Part shown: in pieces, positions 56,891-64,000 of the stretch
Position numbering within the stretch: the first letter of the stretch is position 1
How the letters are laid out: every line of letters begins with the position of its first letter
From: the human T2T-CHM13v2.0 reference genome, Homo sapiens
Length of the DNA stretch: 64,000 nt
Reading direction: 5' to 3' (one strand)
NCBI RefSeq assembly: GCF_009914755.1
Contig: NC_060943.1
The notes under the pieces: model-generated
The model's database searches: none
Told to the model about the DNA's origin: nothing
Seen by the model: the letters and a program-made list of their open reading frames with translations, nothing else
Position numbers and translations under genes: made by a program

Positions 56891-57370
56891 CCAAAGAAAG
56901 AACTGGCCCTTGACTGGCTCTTGGGAGATAACCTCTGAGCCCTTAAAATATCCTACCTGATAAGATTGTTTTTGTATGCCACAGGCCTTGGAGCATGCTG
57001 TATCAGTTTGACATCTGGGGAACTGGAGACTGAGTAGCTAAAGTCAGGTATTGAGTGATAAATCCCTGCAAGACTGACTCCCCAATAAAAACTCTGGAAA
57101 CCAAGGCTCAAGTGAGCTTCCCTGGCTGGCAATAGTTCACACAATGTTGTGACATGTCATTGTTAGGAGCATTAAGTGTGTCCCTGTATAGCTCCTCTGG
57201 AAGCAGCCACCTGAAAGCTTGTACCTGGTTTCTCCTAACCTTTGTCCATGTACCTTTTCTTTCTGGTGACTTTAGTATGTATCCTTTTACTAGAATAAAC
57301 CATAACTGTAAGAATAACAGCTTTTCTGCATCTTAGCAAATCTTTGAGGCTGATAGTCTCTAAAGTTCTT
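56890..57370 (+). mobile_element. MER21-family LTR (3' LTR of the ERVL remnant)
   Basis: GGGAGATAACCTCTGAGCCC...CCCCAATAAAAACTCTGG...GGCTCAAGTGAGCTTCCCTGG...AATAAACCATAACTGT resembles the MER21 consensus. Confidence 0.7.
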
Positions 57371-57602
57371 AGTACAGTTTCTCTTTTCACAAAATAAAAT
57401 GGAACATTTGAGGGAATCTTCCCAAAATATCTTATTAAAACCTCTATCGTGTAATGAATATGTTAATTAGCTTGATAGTGGCAATGACTTCACAATGTAC
57501 ATTTCTATCAAAAGATTAAATATATAAATATATATTTAAATATATAAAAATTTTATGTGTCAATTATACCTCAGTAAAGATGGGCAGGGAGTACCTCCAT
57601 CT

Positions 57603-58125
57603 CAGCGGTCCCCAACATTTTTGGCATCAGGGACTGGTTTCATGAAGACAATTTTTCCACAGAGTAGGGACAGGGTGGTTTCAGGATGATTCAAGTGCAT
57701 TACATTTATTGTACACTTTATTTGTATTATTATTACATTGTAATATATAATGGAATAATTATACAACTCAGCATAATGTAGAATCAGTGGGAGCCCTGAG
57801 CTTGTTTTCTGCAACTAGACAGTCCCATCTGGGGGTGATGAGAGACAGTGACAGATCATCAGGCATTAGATTCTCATAAGGAGCCCACAACCTAGATCAC
57901 TCACATGCACAGCTCACAATAGGGTTCACGCTCCTATGAGAATCAAATGCCGCCGCTGATCTGACAGGAGGTGGAGCTCAGGCAGTAATGTGAGTGATAA
58001 GGAGCGGTTGTAAATACAGAGAAAGCTTTGCTCACTTGCTTGCCACTCACCTCCTGCTGTGTGGCCTGGTTCCTCACAGGCCAAGGACCAGTACTGGTCT
58101 GTGGCCCAGGTTTTGGGGACCCCCG
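57603..58125 (+). mobile_element. MER1A hAT-Charlie MITE
   Basis: TIRs CAGCGGTCCCCAAC / TTGGGGACCCCCG; 8-bp TSD CTCCATCT/CTCTATCT; 523 bp. Confidence 0.88.
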
Positions 58126-58275
58126 CTCTATCTTAATAAAGAGGATACAAATAAATTTGAAGACTTCCTTGCAGAAGATGCAAATAAATTTGAAGAATTC
58201 TAAAACAACAACTACTAAAGAAATTTCAATAGAGAGGTAAGATGCTACTTGAAATCAAGGATTTGAATGGTAGAG

Positions 58276-59277
58276 TGTAGGGACCAGCCCCACAGGGTCG
58301 GTGGGTCTCTCCCTGTGCACGGCGACGAGAGAGTGTAGAAATAAAGACACACGATAAAGAGATAAAAGAAAAGGCAGCTGGGCCCGGGGGACCACTACCA
58401 CCAATGCGCGGAGACCGGTAGTGGCCCCGAATGTCTGGCTGTGCTGTTATTTATTGGATACAAGGCAGAAGGGGCAGGGTAAAGAATGTGAGTCGCCTCC
58501 AATGATAGGTAAGGTCACGTGGGTCACGTGTCCACTGGACAGGGGGCCCTTCCCTGCCTGGCAGCCGAGGCAGAGAGGGAGAGGAGACAGAGAGAAAGAC
58601 AGCTTACGCCATTATTTCTGCATATCAGGGACTATTAGTATTTTCACTAATTGACTACTGCTATCTAGAAGGCAGAGCCAGGTGTACAGGATGGAACATG
58701 AAGGCGGACTAGGAGCGTGACCACTGAAGCACAGCATCACAGGGAGACGGTCAGGCCTCTGGATAACTGCGGGCAAGCCTGACTGATGTCAGGCCCTCCA
58801 CAAGAGGTGGAGGAGCACAGTCTTCTCTAAACTCCCCCGGGGAAAGGGAGCCTCCCTTTCCCGGTCTGCTAAGTAGCAGGTATTGTTCCTTGACACTTTT
58901 CGCTACTGCTAGACCACCGTCCGCTCGGCAACGGGCGTCTTCCCAGACACTGGCGTTACCGCTAGACCAAGGAACCCTTCTGCTGGCCCTGTCCGGGCAT
59001 AACAGAAGGCTCGCACTCTTCTCTTCTGGTCACACCTCACTATGTCCCCTCAGCTTCTATCTCTGTATGGCCTGGTTTTTCCTAGGTTATGATTGTAGAG
59101 CGAGGATTATTATAATATTGGGATAAAGAGTAATTACTAGAAACTAATGATTAATGATATTCATATATCTCTAAGATCTATATCTGGTATAACTATTCTT
59201 GTTTTATATTTTATTATACTGGAACAGCTCGTGTCCTCGATCTCTTGCCTCGGCGCCTGGGTGGCTTGCCGCCCACA
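58276..59277 (-). mobile_element. LTR13-family solo LTR (HERV-K13/HML-4)
   Basis: Minus strand TGTGGGCGGCAAGCCACCCAGG...GGGGCTGGTCCCTACA; 1002 bp; perfect TSD GTAGAG (58270-58275 and 59278-59283). Confidence 0.9.
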
Positions 59278-59760
59278 GTAGAGCAACAAAGAAATATCAT
59301 TTCCCAGTTATGAGATTAGCAAAATGAGACAACTGGTTACACCCCATATGATTACATGAGAAATAATCTCAGGGCATCCTGCACATAAGATTATATTTAG
59401 AAAAATGTATGAGCATGTACAGGCATGCCTTAAACTCAGCAATTATACATCTTAGATTCTATTCAAATGAAGATTTAAATGTGTACAAAGAGGAAACAGT
59501 TTAACAAACCATTATTGTATTAATATAATGAAAAACAAGATAATCATAAAACTGATAGCTTTGCCAGGCACGGTGGCTCATGCCTGCAATCTCAGCACTT
59601 TGGGAGGCCGAGGCAGGCGGATCACCAAGTCAGGAAATCGAGACCATCCTGGCCAACATGGTGAAACCCCGTCTCTACTAAAAATACAAAAAAAATTAGC
59701 TGGGTGTGGTGGCGTGCACCTGTAGTCCCAGCTACTCAGGAGGCTGAGGCAGAAGAATCA

Positions 59761-60015
<255 letters not shown>

Positions 60016-60684
60016 CTAGCCAGGTGTGGTAGCCCACACCTATAGTCCTAACTACTTGGGAGGCTGAAGCAGGAGAATCCTTGAGCCCAGGACATTGAGG
60101 CTGCAGTGAGTTATGATTGCACCATTGCACTCCAGCCTGGGTGACAAAGGGAGACCCCATCTCAAATCTCAAAAAAAAAAAAAAAAGTTTCTCCTTAATT
60201 TGTAACATGAAAAATCTTTTACCTCAATTTTCTAGTGAACAGAGAGCATTATTAAACAGAATAGTCATTGTCATCCTAGAGTTATCAAACAGAAGAGTGA
60301 CTGTCAACCACTTTTGGCAGAAAACCCACACGTGTGTGGATATATATAAGATCTGGAAAGATTTTTCGTTGTTGTCGTACTATAGGTAATCTTTACTTTG
60401 TGATTTTCCACATTTTCTGAATTTTTGCATTGAGGATATACTATCTTTTACCATCATAAAAAACACCACTAAGCCCAGGCAACATGGTAAAACCCCATCT
60501 CTACAAACAATACAAAAATTAGCTGGGCATGATGGTGCGTGCCTATAGTCCCAGCTACACAGGAGGCTGTGGCGGGAGGATGGCTTAAGCCCAGCAGGTC
60601 AAGGCTGCAGTGAGCCATAATCGCACCACTGCATTCCAGCCTGGGAGACAGAGTGAGACCCCATTTCCAAAAAAGAAGAGTCAA

Positions 60685-61530
<846 letters not shown>

Positions 61531-61599
61531 TATATCTAACATTAAAAGTTTATTTACAAAAATAAACTTTATTTACAAAAAAACTTTATTTAAAAATTA

Positions 61600-61908
<309 letters not shown>

Positions 61909-62485
61909 TTACATGGCATAACGCTTACGACACAAAATCTCTTTATCTCCAGAGTTTCTATGTATTCAAGATGGTTTTCTCATAAAACAGCAGAGGTTAC
62001 TGTGGTCAGAATGTCACCTTCCCATGAGCCCACAAGGAAAAGCATCTGTGTTTCGCTAGTTCCTGTCACACTTTAATCTATTTCTGTATAGATTATATGT
62101 CCCTTGCTAGATTGAGAGAAACTTAACTAGGGCTTTCTAATCACTTCATTTCTCCCAAGTATTAGCACAGAATCATTGATATTCCTGGCATTAATAAATG
62201 CTTAATATTTTACCTAAAAATTCTATACTTGGGAAGTTATCAATAAACGAAACCTAGAAAAGTGCAAAATTTAGTGAACACAAGAATATATCACAGAACA
62301 GTTACATGACAGATGACTGCACTACCATTAACAGCTATGACCAAACATTTTAAGTAAAAAGGAAAGATATACGTGACGAATTACTACGTAAGGGGGCAGG
62401 TCTTTAAAAGAACCTATAATTTGGCTGGGAGTGGTGGCTCATGCCTGTAATCCCAGCATTTTGGGAGGCTGAGGTGGGTGGATCA

Positions 62486-62851
<366 letters not shown>

Positions 62852-62928
62852 TCAGCCTGGGAGGTGGAGGTTGCAGTGAGATCGCGCCATTACACTCCAG
62901 CCTGGTGACAGAGTGAGACTCCGTCTCA

Positions 62929-63162
<234 letters not shown>

Positions 63163-64000
63163 TTAGCTACTCGGGAGGCTGAGGTAGAAGTATCACTTGA
63201 ACACAGGAGGTCGAGGCTGCAGTGAGCTGTGATTGTACCACTGCATTCTAGCCTGGGTAACAGAGCAAGACCCTGTCTCAAAAAAATAAATAAAATAAAA
63301 TAAAATGCAGCTATGCTTATAGATGCCTGTGATGTGACTCTTGATAAGTGGATTTTTAGAAAGTCACCAAATGAAGAAACAGAGAGCACACTGGAGAAGA
63401 GCTCAAGTGAAGCCAGACTGCCTGGTTTGCACTCCAGTTCTGCTGTGCACCAGCTTGGGCAAGTTACTTCACATCTTTGTGTTAAATATTCTAGCACATG
63501 AATGGAGAAGAATGTTTCTAGTTCTTTCCATTTGGGAGGCACAGATTGTTTGTAAGGTCATATCTATGGTTAAACCAGGCATCTTTTTAGGCCACAGATG
63601 TATACCTTTGAAGTCAGAATAAATTCTACACCTCTTTCAGGAAAAAAATTTTCAAGGGATTTGTGGCCAATATATGAAGTAAATGACCTGCAGATTAAAA
63701 ACTCCTGTTCTATACTACTTGAGTGTCTAGCTCTTTTTCTTATTTGCAAATATCTATCACAATTAATTTTATATTTTTGTTTTCCCTGATCCATAGATAA
63801 CTTAGTACAAAATATAATCGTAACAGTTCATGTATTAATAAATTGAATATACTTTATGTGCCAATATACCTAAGGGCTTTACATGTATCAATTTAGTCAT
63901 TCTAACAAACCTACAGGTGAGTGCTATCATTCCCTCCATTTTACAGATGAGGAAACTGAGATGCAGAGAATTACATTTCTCTAGAACACAGATATTAAGG

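Overview
This is primate (human-like) genomic DNA from a KRAB zinc-finger cluster. Two loci are recognised from their protein sequences, from memory rather than a search: ZFP30 and ZNF781 (human 19q13). ZFP30 is intact on the minus strand. Four coding exons (25561-25569, 22357-22483, 21006-21104, 12720-14044) total 1560 nt, i.e. 519 aa with KRAB-A, KRAB-B and 13 C2H2 repeats, driven from a CpG island at ~32.65-34.06 kb. Upstream and co-oriented is ZNF781, a decayed KRAB-ZNF gene with about 20 fingers, a destroyed KRAB-A acceptor and many stops and frameshifts; its 5' end is probably outside the window. The rest is dense in Alu, L1, MIR and DNA transposons, with three ERV-K-class solo LTRs (MER11, LTR5_Hs-like, LTR13), a THE1 LTR and a deleted ERVL provirus. 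No new multi-gene system is demonstrable from sequence alone. The most unusual structures are: (1) a ~430-bp inverted duplication ~5 kb apart with an 80-bp perfectly identical core and chimeric-Alu breakpoints; (2) an orphan copy of the ZNF781 spacer and first finger that keeps the ancestral reading frame; (3) four telomeric hexamers in the loop of a fold-back palindrome; (4) a TAATG stop-start overlap in ZNF781 that would re-enter the zinc-finger frame; (5) an inverted Alu pair in the ZFP30 3'UTR lying between alternative poly(A) signals. Repeat family names are by eye and most repeat coordinates are approximate.
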